Below, one piece after another: positions 1 through 9,765 of a stretch of 64,000 bases of DNA. The notes beneath the pieces were generated by a model. That model saw nothing but the letters and a program-made list of their open reading frames with translations, did no database searches and was not told where the DNA came from. Both the position numbers and the translations under genes were made by a program. Origin of the DNA: Escherichia phage MN03; the sequence record NC_070990.1. One strand, given 5' to 3'. Each line of letters opens with the position of its first letter. The first letter of the stretch is position 1.

Positions 1-1
1 A

Positions 2-823
2 GAAGATGAAGATGAATCCTCTGAAGCAGAAGAACAAGAGGAAGAAGATTCAAGCGATGCAGAGTATGAAGATGATTCTGCTGACGGTGAAGGTGAAGTC
101 TTTGATGTAGACTACGAGACCGTTATCACCCTTCCTGATGGACGTGAGATGACTATTGAAGAACTTTCTAATGGCTATCTTACTGGTGCTGATATGACAG
201 AACGAGAATCAACTCTTCAGCGTCATATGGAAGCATTCGAGGAACGTGTAGTAGGTTTGAAGGATGTATTAGAACTAGCGTCTTTAGAAGCAGACCGAGT
301 AATTGAAGATTATAACGGTTTTGATTGGGACAAGCTTGCAGTAGAAGATCCTCAAGCATATGTTGAAAACAAACGTTTCCTAGAGAAGTACACAGCTCGC
401 CGTCAACAGCTTGAACAGGCTCAGGTCCGTATTAAGCAGGAAGCAGCAGCTAAAGAGCAGGAAGCTTTCCAAGCCAAGAGTATTGAATGTGTTAATATTC
501 TGAAACGTGAGATTCCAAATTGGGATGAAAACTTATATCAAAACTTAATGCAATACGCAATTGACTTAGGTGCTACTGAAGAAGAAGTATTGAAGGAAAA
601 CCGTCCGTCTATTTTCCTAGCTCTCCACAAAGCATACCAATTTGATAAAGGTAAGCAACAGGTGATGGCTAAGATTAAACGTCCCGGTGCTCCACGCAAG
701 GTTGTGAAGTCTGATGCTGCAAAGTCTCGCACTTCCAATAAGCCCGACAACGCTAAGGTTGCCAAGGCATTCGCAGAGGGTCGCGTTAGTCACGAAGACG
801 CATTCAAATTCCTCGTAGATTAA
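2..823 (+). CDS. putative head scaffolding protein, 5' end outside window
   Basis: Frame is open from nt 2 with no stop before the ATG at 149; E/D-rich acidic N-part and charged helical body; lies immediately upstream of the capsid gene. Confidence 0.45.
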   Translation, partial: EDEDESSEAEEQEEEDSSDAEYEDDSADGEGEVFDVDYETVITLPDGREMTIEELSNGYLTGADMTERESTLQRHMEAFEERVVGLKDVLELASLEADRVIEDYNGFDWDKLAVEDPQAYVENKRFLEKYTARRQQLEQAQVRIKQEAAAKEQEAFQAKSIECVNILKREIPNWDENLYQNLMQYAIDLGATEEEVLKENRPSIFLALHKAYQFDKGKQQVMAKIKRPGAPRKVVKSDAAKSRTSNKPDNAKVAKAFAEGRVSHEDAFKFLVD

Positions 824-864
824 TCGACAAATTAAATTATTAATAGTATAGGAGCTAACATAAC

Positions 865-1923
865 ATGGCTAATCCAACTTTATTTGTATCGTATGACCAG
901 AATGGTAAAAAACTTTCTTTTGCTAACTGGATTTCTGTTCTGTCCCCTCAGGATACCCCGTTCGTATCTATGACCGGTAAAGAGTCTATCAACCAGACTA
1001 TCTTTAGCTGGCAGACCGATGCACTGGCAAGCGTTGACGGTAATAACGCACACGTCGAAGGCTCTCGTGCTGAAGACGGCGAAATGAAACCGACTGTTAT
1101 CAAATCTAACGTTACTCAGATTCTGCGTAAGGTTGTTCGTGTTTCTGATACTGCTAACACCACCGCTAACTACGGTCGTGGTCGTGAACTGATGTATCAG
1201 CTGGAGAAGAAAGGTAAAGAGATCAAGCGTGACCTCGAGAAAATCCTTCTGTCCGGTCAGGCTCGTACCGACGTTCTGGCTGATCAGTACCTGACTAACT
1301 CTGCAACTGATCCTGCAACTGTTGGTCTGAACGACACTCATGCAGCTCGTAAGACTGGTGCATTCCAGTTCCTGTGTGCTCACGGTGGTCTTGCTGGTGG
1401 CGTTGTTGACAAGACCAAGAATGGTCCTGCTGACCCGGATACTGGTGCAGTAACTGTTAAAGTTGCACAGAATGCTTCTAACCCGACCACTAACATTGGT
1501 TTTGACGAAGCTGATATCTTTGATATGACTCTGCAACTGTATACCGCTGGTTCTGAAGCAGATATCATCATGATTAACCCGGCTCATGCTAAGATCTTCG
1601 CTGGTCTGCAAGAAAATACTCAGGGTTCACGTAAGCGTATCTTTGAGAACACCAAGCAGTTCATCTACGAAGTTAACAGCATCACTGACCCGCTGGGCCA
1701 GAGCTACAAAATCATCGTTAACCGTTGGATGCCTACCGATGCAGTTTACTTCTTCCGTAGCGCTGACTGGACTCAGATGGTTCTGCGTGCTCCGAAACGC
1801 ACTGAACTGGCTAAAGACGGTTCTTACGAGAAGTGGATGATTGAAATGGAAGTTGGTCTGCGTCACCGCAACCCGTACGCTTCCGGCGTTCTGTTCACTG
1901 CCGCGGGAAAGGTGGTGGCGTAA
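865..1923 (+). CDS. major capsid protein
   Basis: AGGAG RBS; strongly biased high-expression codon usage; followed by an Ig-like -1 frame ORF and a strong intrinsic terminator; position after scaffold. Confidence 0.7.
   Translation: MANPTLFVSYDQNGKKLSFANWISVLSPQDTPFVSMTGKESINQTIFSWQTDALASVDGNNAHVEGSRAEDGEMKPTVIKSNVTQILRKVVRVSDTANTTANYGRGRELMYQLEKKGKEIKRDLEKILLSGQARTDVLADQYLTNSATDPATVGLNDTHAARKTGAFQFLCAHGGLAGGVVDKTKNGPADPDTGAVTVKVAQNASNPTTNIGFDEADIFDMTLQLYTAGSEADIIMINPAHAKIFAGLQENTQGSRKRIFENTKQFIYEVNSITDPLGQSYKIIVNRWMPTDAVYFFRSADWTQMVLRAPKRTELAKDGSYEKWMIEMEVGLRHRNPYASGVLFTAAGKVVA
1905..1911 (+). other. candidate -1 ribosomal frameshift slippery heptamer G_GGA_AAG
   Basis: X_XXY_YYZ heptamer in the capsid frame 4 codons before the capsid stop; the -1 frame is open from 1845 to 2447. 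Confidence 0.5.
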
Positions 1924-1934
1924 CAGTAGACAGT

Positions 1935-2447
1935 GTGACTGTTAGCCCTGCGTCTTTAGCAAGTCTAGAGACAGGGGCTACTCGGCAGTTCACTGCAAGC
2001 GCGGAGAAAAGTGATGGTTCTACCGAAACAACTGGCTTTACTTGGTCAGTGACAGGAGGTGGTTCTATCACTCAGTCTGGTTTGTATACTGCTCCGAGTG
2101 CGTCTCAATCCACTGATGTATCCATTACTGCAACTTTAGAAGGTGTTTCTGGTACAGCAACCATTTCTGAAATTGTTGCTCCTGCTCCTACTATTGTAGC
2201 TAAGGGTCCAATTACGGGTAAAACTGGTGGTTCTTCCACTAACTTCACTACCATGTTTACTGTAACTAGTTCTACTGCTGCGGATTACACGTTTGTTGTA
2301 ACCCCTACAGAAGCTGGTACAGTAAGCGCCGCTGGTGCGTTAACCTTAGATGCTGCTGCAAGTGGCGAAGTTACTGTTCAAGCAAGTTTGACAGCTGACC
2401 CATCCATCAATGCAACATGCACTTTTACTGGTGTAACACCTGCTTAA
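1935..2447 (+). CDS. Ig-like (Big_2-type) domain, probably a C-terminal extension of the capsid protein made by -1 frameshift
   Basis: T/S/A/G-rich Ig-like sequence (VTVSPASL...TGFTWSVTGGGSITQSGLYTAP); only a GTG start and no SD; in the -1 frame relative to the capsid gene. Confidence 0.5.
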   Translation: MTVSPASLASLETGATRQFTASAEKSDGSTETTGFTWSVTGGGSITQSGLYTAPSASQSTDVSITATLEGVSGTATISEIVAPAPTIVAKGPITGKTGGSSTNFTTMFTVTSSTAADYTFVVTPTEAGTVSAAGALTLDAAASGEVTVQASLTADPSINATCTFTGVTPA

Positions 2448-2454
2448 AATTAGA

Positions 2455-2480
2455 CCCTGCCTTCGGGCGGGGTTTTTTCG
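2455..2480 (+). terminator. rho-independent terminator after capsid/Ig ORF
   Basis: CCCTGCC-TTCG-GGCGGGG hairpin followed by a T-run. Confidence 0.8.
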
Positions 2481-2506
2481 TTTTAAGACCTATACAAGCC
2501 AGTGTG

Positions 2507-2515
2507 TAATGTATA
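2507..2515 (+). promoter_or_regulatory. TAATGTATA motif, candidate phage-sigma promoter
   Basis: Exact TAATGTATA 33 nt upstream of the ATG at 2549; the same motif recurs at similar spacing before other genes. Confidence 0.45.
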
Positions 2516-2548
2516 TTCTTTGTCTACATATAACAAGGAGGACAACCT

Positions 2549-3301
2549 ATGGCAATGCCAGATGTTCAATACCCCATCAATACCTATGGGTGGCTAAAGA
2601 AGGCCGTGGCCCTCTGGGCAGATAGGGACGATGACGAATTTGTTAATCAAATTCCAAACTTTATTAACTTTGCAGAGAAAGAGATTTATCGTAACTTACG
2701 TATTCCTCCTCTGGAAAAAGAAGTATATTTAGATATTAAAGATGGAGTAGCTTACATTCCTCCTGATTACTTAGAAGCTCAATGGATGATGAGAGCCAAA
2801 GATGGCACAATCTTCCAAGTAACCTCTCCTGAAGAGATTAGCTATCGTAGACAGCATGGAACAATTAACCCATCTCACTGGAATAACCAACCTGTCAACT
2901 TTGCTCGTTTCGGTAGTCGTTTCATTTTCTACCCTAGCATCGAAGCAGATACTCCGTACTACCCTGATGATGGAAGCCCTTTGATTCCAGCAGAAAACTC
3001 AGTGATTCTTAGCTATTATGCAGACCCACCGGAATTCCATGAAGATACAGATACTAGTACTATTCTTACTATAGCACCAGAACTTCTTCTGTATTTCACC
3101 CTACGTCATGCTTGTCTCTTTGTTCAAGATGATAATGGTGTTCAGAAATGGTCAGCATTAGGAAAAGCTATCCTTGATGAAATGGTAGAACAGAATAAGA
3201 AACAAGAGTACTCAGGTTCACCTATCGCAATTCCGAATAACATGACTCGACTTCAGAGCAGCTTGCCTGATATTTATGGTATTCGTACTTCTCGTGTATA
3301 A
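2549..3301 (+). CDS. hypothetical virion protein (possible head-tail adaptor or tail protein)
   Basis: AAGGAGG RBS; position between capsid and tail fibre genes. Confidence 0.45.
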   Translation: MAMPDVQYPINTYGWLKKAVALWADRDDDEFVNQIPNFINFAEKEIYRNLRIPPLEKEVYLDIKDGVAYIPPDYLEAQWMMRAKDGTIFQVTSPEEISYRRQHGTINPSHWNNQPVNFARFGSRFIFYPSIEADTPYYPDDGSPLIPAENSVILSYYADPPEFHEDTDTSTILTIAPELLLYFTLRHACLFVQDDNGVQKWSALGKAILDEMVEQNKKQEYSGSPIAIPNNMTRLQSSLPDIYGIRTSRV

Positions 3302-3310
3302 GGAGATAAT

Positions 3311-5869
3311 ATGATCGTTTATAATAACCAAGCACCTGATGCAGTGAATAACGTTGGGCAGTTTGGTGCTACTGAAGGCTCTATCGGAGCTTACAAGCAA
3401 GCAGCAGAATATGCAGCTGACTCCAAATATTGGGCACTGCTAGCAGAATCTAAGTTTGGTACAATTGATGATTTAATCGCTGAAGTAGAACGTCTATATC
3501 AACAGGGTGTTCTGATGAAGCAGGATATTGAAGATCTTAAGCAGGATTTTAAGGATCAAGATGCTCGTTTGATGACTCTGATTGCCCAAACCAACGCAGC
3601 AGTATCGGATGCTAATAATGCCGTTGCTCTCATTAACCAAAAACTTATTGAAGTCCAGAATCAGCTTGATGTTCTGTTAGGAATGTCTGTTGATGTAACA
3701 ACTCTCCCTCCGGGAACTCCGGCTACTGGCTCTTTTAATCCTAACACTGGTGTAATCTCTTTAGGTATTCCAGAAGGTGATCCCGGAAAAGATGGTTCTG
3801 TTAAGGATTTGGATACAGCACCTACAGGTGTTCCAGAGCTAGGTGATTTAGGTTTCTATGTTGACAAAGATGACAATACCGTCCACAAAACTACTCTAGA
3901 TAACATTGCTAATTTAATCCCATCTGTTCGTTCTGTCTCTATTAACGGCGGTCCAGCTCTTGATGGAGAGGTTGCTCTAACACTTAACAAAGAGACGGTA
4001 GGTTTAGGGAATGTTCTGAACGTTGCTCAGTACAGTCGTCAAGAGATTAATGACAAGTTTGATAAAACCACCAAGACATATCAATCTAAAGCAGAAGCTG
4101 ATGCTGACGCTCAGTATCGCCAAGTTGGTGAGAAGGTCTTAGTTTGGGAAGCTACTAAGTATGAATTTTATACTGTTGCTGCTAACAAAACATTAACTCC
4201 TGTTAAAACTGAAGGTAGAATTCTTACTGTTAATTCCCGTTCTCCAGACTCCAGTGGTAATATTGACATTACCATTCCAACAGGAAACCCTTCTCTATAT
4301 CTTGGTGAGATGGTAATGTTCCCTTATGACCCAACGAAGAATATCTCCTATCCGGGCGTTCTTCCAGCCGATGGTCGTCTAGTGTCTAAAGAGTCTGCTT
4401 CAGATTTAGGCCCATCCCTTGTCAGCGGACAGCTCCCTGTTGTTTCAGAAACTGAATGGCAATCGGGGGCTAAACAGTACTTCTCTTGGGGTAAATTGGC
4501 AGATGGTATTACCGATGCAGATTCTACTAATTTTATCAACATTCGACTTCCTGATTGGACTGGAGGGGAGGCAATAAGAGCACCAGATTCTGATAAAGAC
4601 TCTCAGTACAATGGGTCTGTACAGGCTCAGAAACCTTATGTTGTTACTGTAAATAACCAAGCTCCTGATGAGATTACTGGTAATGTGAACATCTCCAGAT
4701 CAATTTTAGGTGCTGCCGCTTCTGGTACAAACTCTGATATAACATCCCTCACGGGACTCACTACAGCACTGTCTGTCACACAAGGAGGCACTGGAGCTAA
4801 AGACGCTGCTAGTGCTCGTTCTAATCTAGGTCTAAGCTCCATAGCTACACTCAACACAATTCCTATAGCTAATGGTGGTACAGGGGCAACTACTGTTGAT
4901 GCTGCTCGTTCCAATTTATCTATAGATAGAGTTGATCAAGCCTCTGGGGAGAGTAGATTACTATCTCCTAACAAAGAAACCTACCTCTTTGTGGATAATA
5001 ATGGGTGGGGATGTTATAGTACCTCGCCTGGAAGAGTTGGCGATTTGGCTCTAGGTGTTGAAAGAGGAGGCACTGGAGCTAAAAATGCTGCTAGTGCTCG
5101 TTCTAATCTAGGGTTGGGAAGTGTTTCTACTCTGGATAATGTACCTATTGCTAATGGTGGGACAGGGGCTGGAGATGCTGCTGGTGCAAGGTTCAATATT
5201 GGAGCGCTAAGTAACACCCCAGCAAATTCAGGCGTAGGTGGTACTGGGGATCGTGTCCAACATGCCTCCGGGAACGGCCTGTTTACTTTAGACTTGTTTA
5301 ACTGCTACTGGTATATGCAGCCAGAGGATACTAACTTCTGGATTGCCCACGGTGTGTCATATGCAGGGTCTGGTGGCGAAGCCTCACAATACGGTCGCAT
5401 ATCTTACGCAATAAAGATTGCAGACGGAACAATAAAATATGTCCATTGTCTTACAAACAAAAACACCACTGTTGATGTAAACGGATTTATCAAAGCGGCA
5501 TCTCCGGTAGTTCATATTTACTCCGACGGTAGATATGAGACGAACGAGGAATCTGAGGGGGTTAATGTCATTCGGCAAGGTGTTGGTGAGTACTTGATTA
5601 CCGGTTGCCTTGGCTTAAACGCAGATGCAAAATGGGGAGGCATTGACGGCGGCTTTGAAATCCCTACTGACCGCAACAAACAACCTAGGGTTTGGCTGGA
5701 CTATGAGATTAAAGAAGATGGTTCTATTTTAGTTAAAACCTATCACAGAACCCATCCAACCTCTCCGGTTTTTGCTAGAAATGAGATAGAAGGTTTTTCT
5801 GACGGTGATCCTATTGATATCCCGAGTGATGCTTTTATTTCAGTTCGTGTTGAAATGCCTTCTGAGTAA
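3311..5869 (+). CDS. tail fibre protein
   Basis: Repeated GGTGA(K/T)xAAxARSNLG phage fibre-repeat motifs and an internal ~50-bp near-identical nucleotide repeat (about 4780 and 5057); 852 aa. Confidence 0.7.
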   Translation: MIVYNNQAPDAVNNVGQFGATEGSIGAYKQAAEYAADSKYWALLAESKFGTIDDLIAEVERLYQQGVLMKQDIEDLKQDFKDQDARLMTLIAQTNAAVSDANNAVALINQKLIEVQNQLDVLLGMSVDVTTLPPGTPATGSFNPNTGVISLGIPEGDPGKDGSVKDLDTAPTGVPELGDLGFYVDKDDNTVHKTTLDNIANLIPSVRSVSINGGPALDGEVALTLNKETVGLGNVLNVAQYSRQEINDKFDKTTKTYQSKAEADADAQYRQVGEKVLVWEATKYEFYTVAANKTLTPVKTEGRILTVNSRSPDSSGNIDITIPTGNPSLYLGEMVMFPYDPTKNISYPGVLPADGRLVSKESASDLGPSLVSGQLPVVSETEWQSGAKQYFSWGKLADGITDADSTNFINIRLPDWTGGEAIRAPDSDKDSQYNGSVQAQKPYVVTVNNQAPDEITGNVNISRSILGAAASGTNSDITSLTGLTTALSVTQGGTGAKDAASARSNLGLSSIATLNTIPIANGGTGATTVDAARSNLSIDRVDQASGESRLLSPNKETYLFVDNNGWGCYSTSPGRVGDLALGVERGGTGAKNAASARSNLGLGSVSTLDNVPIANGGTGAGDAAGARFNIGALSNTPANSGVGGTGDRVQHASGNGLFTLDLFNCYWYMQPEDTNFWIAHGVSYAGSGGEASQYGRISYAIKIADGTIKYVHCLTNKNTTVDVNGFIKAASPVVHIYSDGRYETNEESEGVNVIRQGVGEYLITGCLGLNADAKWGGIDGGFEIPTDRNKQPRVWLDYEIKEDGSILVKTYHRTHPTSPVFARNEIEGFSDGDPIDIPSDAFISVRVEMPSE

Positions 5870-5878
5870 TTTAACAAT

Positions 5879-5897
5879 GCTCCCTTCGGGGGGCTTT
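5879..5897 (+). terminator. hairpin (weak terminator or processing site)
   Basis: GCTCCC-TTCG-GGGGGC hairpin with a short T-run. Confidence 0.4.
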
Positions 5898-5909
5898 AAG
5901 GAGATTTAA

Positions 5910-8108
5910 ATGTCTAGAGAATTAATGCCCAAATCTGGTATAATGATGCCTCATGTGGTTGTAACCAGAGACGCGGCTGTTGTTGGGGTTTCTACTGTAG
6001 ATGGACAGGCTGGAGCTATTAACCTCACCGGAAAATATTTACAGAAAACCGACGCAGCTGCTACCTATCAAACTAAAACAGAGGGTGCATCTAAAGATTT
6101 TGTGCTGGATTCGATTCAACCTATTATGTCTGGTGCGCTGTTCCGAGAAGACCCTTGGGTTGTTAATGATACCCCATTCCGTTCTACTGGAGCTAATGGT
6201 GTAGAATCAGTTGATATGATGAAAGTTACTACTGATAACTCAATCAAGATTGGTAGTTATGCCTCTTCAGTTCAAGGTGTAGAGATTCATTCTGCTGGTC
6301 GTCTTCAGGTTGTTGACCAGAATGACTCTGGGGTAGAAACTAAGTATCCAGTTTATTCTAAACGTTACCGTCCTGAGATTGAGGATTTGCCTTTTGCTGC
6401 AATTGGTTCTTATGTTAAAGACTCTAAAGGTCGTACGGTAGGTGTTACTCGTACAGGGATTAACTCTGATATCAAACAGCTCACACAGAAAGTTACTTTC
6501 ACTCAACCAGTAACTGTCCCTGATGCAGTTGGTGATTATGATGCGGTGACTTTGAGACAGCTTCGAAACAGTGGTGGTGGCTCTGGTGGTCCTACGATGA
6601 GCGGTATCTCTAACTTTGGTATTGGTGATTTCCATTTACGTGACAGTCGAGCTTTTATTCCAGCTTTTGAGGTAACGTCAGACGGTCAGCTTCTTAATCG
6701 TTCAGAGTACCCAGATCTCTGGGCTTATGCACAGCTGTTATCCCCTATCTCAGATTCTGAATGGCTTAGTGATGCCCAAAAACGTGGACAGTACTCTACT
6801 GGTGATGGTTCTACTACTTTCCGCGTTCCAGACCGCAACGGGGTTCAGGTCGGTTCTATTAGGGAGCTATTTGGTCGCGGTGATGGTGGTACATCATCCA
6901 ACGATGGTGTTATCTATGATTCTGCTGCACCTAATATCAAAGGTAAGGTCGCTGGTGTATCAGCCGGGACTTATGCAGGGATATTCGGGACGTCTGTGCA
7001 AGATTCATTCTATACGGATAACAGTTTGTATCCGGCTGGTGGAGGGGACACTATACCTCCGGGGTCCGGTGCAGTTGATGGACGTAATAATACTCTAGTC
7101 TTCGACGCAAGCCAGTCCAACCCAGTTTATGGTCGTTATAGTATCTCTGACAACATTATACCGAGAAACTTTGTGGGGGTTTGGACTATTCGTGCTCATG
7201 GTGGATTTGTTGCTGCTAATACTTCTTGGTCTGTTATTAATAGTGACACCACACGACCTTCCAACGGAACGAAAGTTTCTAGTGGGTCAGTTGTCTCTGA
7301 GTATAAAATCGGTTCAGAAGTAGAAGCTTCTACTACTCTCAAAACTGATGCCTACATCAACGGAGCTTACTATGGAATCATTGACGTCTACAATAAAACT
7401 AAAGGAGTTACCAAGCAGTTAGCTTTCGACGATTCTGGTACACTGAATTCTGATAGGTATGTTTCTAGATTTGGCACTTTGATGTCTTGGAGTGAAACAG
7501 GAGCTAGGAAAGGAACATTCTCCATGGACAACCAAGGGCTAGGGTCTAACTTCTCCTTCAATTCCATACTAAGTGCTTCTCAATCATCTAGTGGGGGATA
7601 CAAGACCACCACTCATGTTGGCATGATTCACAACGACGCCGGAACTTTTGCCGATTCTTGCTGGCACGTTGCAGGTGATGAAGACAACAAATACGGTTGC
7701 CGTCTAACACTTCGACCAAACAGGAATGAGATTTTATATTATACTTGGCAACCCGGCTCTACTGGAACATACACTCTTGCTCTGAATCCCGTGTCAGATG
7801 AAAGATTAAAACATGATATCCAAGATATTTCCCCTGAGAAAGCTATCAAAGCTATTAAAGGTTTGGATTTCAAATCATTTGTGTATAACAATGATGAGCA
7901 AGGAAGAACTCGTCGTGGTATTATTGCACAGCAAGCAGAAAAGGTAGAACCTCTTTATGTTAAGACTCGTAGGTTCCACGACAATGATGGTGTAGAGCAA
8001 GAACAGAAAGAGCTAGACTCAGCTCCTATGCTCCTTGATACTATGCAGGTTGTTCAAGACCTTCTGAAGCGTATTGAAGTTCTAGAAGCAAAACTAGCAG
8101 AGAGGTAA
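5910..8108 (+). CDS. tail fibre/tailspike with C-terminal intramolecular chaperone (peptidase S74-like) domain
   Basis: C-terminal NPVSDERLKHDIQDI...GLDFKSFVY motif typical of self-cleaving endosialidase-type chaperone domains; 732 aa. Confidence 0.7.
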   Translation: MSRELMPKSGIMMPHVVVTRDAAVVGVSTVDGQAGAINLTGKYLQKTDAAATYQTKTEGASKDFVLDSIQPIMSGALFREDPWVVNDTPFRSTGANGVESVDMMKVTTDNSIKIGSYASSVQGVEIHSAGRLQVVDQNDSGVETKYPVYSKRYRPEIEDLPFAAIGSYVKDSKGRTVGVTRTGINSDIKQLTQKVTFTQPVTVPDAVGDYDAVTLRQLRNSGGGSGGPTMSGISNFGIGDFHLRDSRAFIPAFEVTSDGQLLNRSEYPDLWAYAQLLSPISDSEWLSDAQKRGQYSTGDGSTTFRVPDRNGVQVGSIRELFGRGDGGTSSNDGVIYDSAAPNIKGKVAGVSAGTYAGIFGTSVQDSFYTDNSLYPAGGGDTIPPGSGAVDGRNNTLVFDASQSNPVYGRYSISDNIIPRNFVGVWTIRAHGGFVAANTSWSVINSDTTRPSNGTKVSSGSVVSEYKIGSEVEASTTLKTDAYINGAYYGIIDVYNKTKGVTKQLAFDDSGTLNSDRYVSRFGTLMSWSETGARKGTFSMDNQGLGSNFSFNSILSASQSSSGGYKTTTHVGMIHNDAGTFADSCWHVAGDEDNKYGCRLTLRPNRNEILYYTWQPGSTGTYTLALNPVSDERLKHDIQDISPEKAIKAIKGLDFKSFVYNNDEQGRTRRGIIAQQAEKVEPLYVKTRRFHDNDGVEQEQKELDSAPMLLDTMQVVQDLLKRIEVLEAKLAER

Positions 8109-8111
8109 TAT

Positions 8112-8130
8112 AAGCCCCTTCGGGGGCTTT
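8112..8130 (+). terminator. rho-independent terminator-like hairpin
   Basis: AAGCCCC-TTCG-GGGGCTT hairpin with a short T-tract. Confidence 0.55.
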
Positions 8131-8200
8131 AGTAGTGAGTACCCTTAGTAAGTAATGAAACTAATATATCCCAAGAGGTTAATATATAGGAGACACTCAA

Positions 8201-8419
8201 ATGAAAATGATGAAACAAGCTGCATATGGTTTAATATGTTTAGGCGCAGGTGTTGTGGTATCCACCGCAGTTCCTGTAGGCGCAGTTCATCCATTAGTAA
8301 CTGTCCCTGCTCCAGTAGAGAAGCTTAGCTCTCAATGCAAGCAGAGAACAATTCAAAATAACTTAGTTGTTATTTGCCCTGATGCTGAATCTAACGCTCT
8401 GAGAAAGATACTACCTTAA
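8201..8419 (+). CDS. small signal-anchored or secreted protein (holin-like candidate)
   Basis: 72 aa with an N-terminal 23-aa hydrophobic segment; immediately upstream of the lysozyme gene. Confidence 0.4.
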   Translation: MKMMKQAAYGLICLGAGVVVSTAVPVGAVHPLVTVPAPVEKLSSQCKQRTIQNNLVVICPDAESNALRKILP

Positions 8420-8448
8420 TTTAAAGGGACTACAAAAGGAGGTTAGAA

Positions 8449-8940
8449 ATGGATAACGTCGCATTGCCACCTGTACAACTAAACTTAAGCCCAGCTGGAA
8501 TGGAATTCATCATGAAGCATGAGGGTATGAGAACAAAGGCTTATAAAGATTCCGCAGGTATCTGGACTATATGTGTAGGGGCTACGCGCGATATGAATGG
8601 TTATCCGGTTAGACAAGGATTAACGTATTCTATAGAGGATTGTCTAGCTCTGCTAGATAGAGACACACAAGACTCTGTTCGTGCTACTCAGAAGAACATA
8701 AAGGTTCCTTTACTAGTTCATGAGTTTGATGCACTCACTTCTTTCAACTTCAATGTTGGCAGTGGGGCTTTGAGCACATCTAAGTTAAGGAAGGTAATCA
8801 ATGGAGATGTTAAGGGGGATGTTTATTCCGAATTTCTTCGTTGGGATAAAATAACGGTCAAGGGAGAGAAGCAGAGAAGTCAGGGTCTTCATAATAGAAG
8901 AGTTGCAGAAGCTAATCTTTACACCGAAGGTAAATATTAA
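8449..8940 (+). CDS. lysozyme (GH24 phage lysozyme family)
   Basis: MKHEGMRTKAYKDSAGIWTICVG and FNFNVGSGAL motifs typical of T4 e / lambda R-type lysozymes. Confidence 0.75.
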   Translation: MDNVALPPVQLNLSPAGMEFIMKHEGMRTKAYKDSAGIWTICVGATRDMNGYPVRQGLTYSIEDCLALLDRDTQDSVRATQKNIKVPLLVHEFDALTSFNFNVGSGALSTSKLRKVINGDVKGDVYSEFLRWDKITVKGEKQRSQGLHNRRVAEANLYTEGKY

Positions 8941-8952
8941 TGGAGGTGCCTT

Positions 8953-9756
8953 TTGGCTATCGAAACTAATGCGGTAGTTATTACCGACTTAAACCCACTC
9001 TATCCTAGAGACAGGGATTACATCTACGAAGGGGCGGCTCAAATCCGCCTCATTAAACAAACGTTACAGAACACATTCCCCAATGTTACAGAACCGGTTG
9101 ATATAGATTCTGACACCTTTAAGATTATGTCAGAGAAGCTCAAGTTTACTGGTGATGCAATGGATGTTGGTGGTCTTATGATCAAGAACGTTACTCCGGG
9201 AACTGGTGACAAGGATGTTGTTACTAAAGGTCAGATGGAAGCGTTCATGAAGAACTGGATGGAGAATAAGCTCTATCGAATTGGTTCTTACTACATCACT
9301 GAAGAAGATATTAACCCCGGTGATTCTATCTCCTTAGGGTTTGGTTCTTGGGCTAAAGTGACTGGTGTCATTATGGGTACTGGTGTAGTAAACCCTGATG
9401 GTTCTGTCCCTAATGCTCAGAGAGTTGAGTTCCAAGCAGGTGGTACTGGTGGTCGTGTCTTCAATACCATTCGAACTGAGAACGTACCTCTGATGACAGT
9501 TAATGGCTCCAGCTTCTCTCTATCCAGTAACACTCACAGTCACAATATGGTGTTTGGTCGTGGAGATGCTAGTGGTCATAACAGCTCACCAAACTGGTAT
9601 AGTCCGGGTGGTGGTTACAGTCAGAGAACTGATAGCGACACTCACACTCATACAATCTCTGGTAGTGTAAGTCTTGGTCGTGATGATATCTCTCGTCAAC
9701 CTATTAACACTTTGCCACCATTCAGAGCAGCTCACATTTGGAGACGTATTAGCTAA
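8953..9756 (+). CDS. tail protein with HxH motifs (fibre-tip-like)
   Basis: TTG start with GGAGG RBS; His-rich THSHN / THTHT motifs like metal-binding fibre tips. Confidence 0.4.
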   Translation: MAIETNAVVITDLNPLYPRDRDYIYEGAAQIRLIKQTLQNTFPNVTEPVDIDSDTFKIMSEKLKFTGDAMDVGGLMIKNVTPGTGDKDVVTKGQMEAFMKNWMENKLYRIGSYYITEEDINPGDSISLGFGSWAKVTGVIMGTGVVNPDGSVPNAQRVEFQAGGTGGRVFNTIRTENVPLMTVNGSSFSLSSNTHSHNMVFGRGDASGHNSSPNWYSPGGGYSQRTDSDTHTHTISGSVSLGRDDISRQPINTLPPFRAAHIWRRIS

Positions 9757-9765
9757 GGAGGAATT

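Noticed and set aside
841-850. TAATAGTATA upstream of the capsid gene as another phage-sigma promoter
   Set aside because: It has an inserted base relative to TAATGTATA and lies only 14 nt from the ATG, unlike the 33-39 nt spacing of the other copies.
538-1866. Antisense ORFs inside the scaffold and capsid genes (538..765, 880..1611, 1380..1571, 1627..1866 on the minus strand; 1586..1840 on the plus strand)
   Set aside because: They are embedded in strongly coding regions on the other strand or frame, lack RBSs, and have low-complexity translations typical of antisense reading of codon-biased genes.
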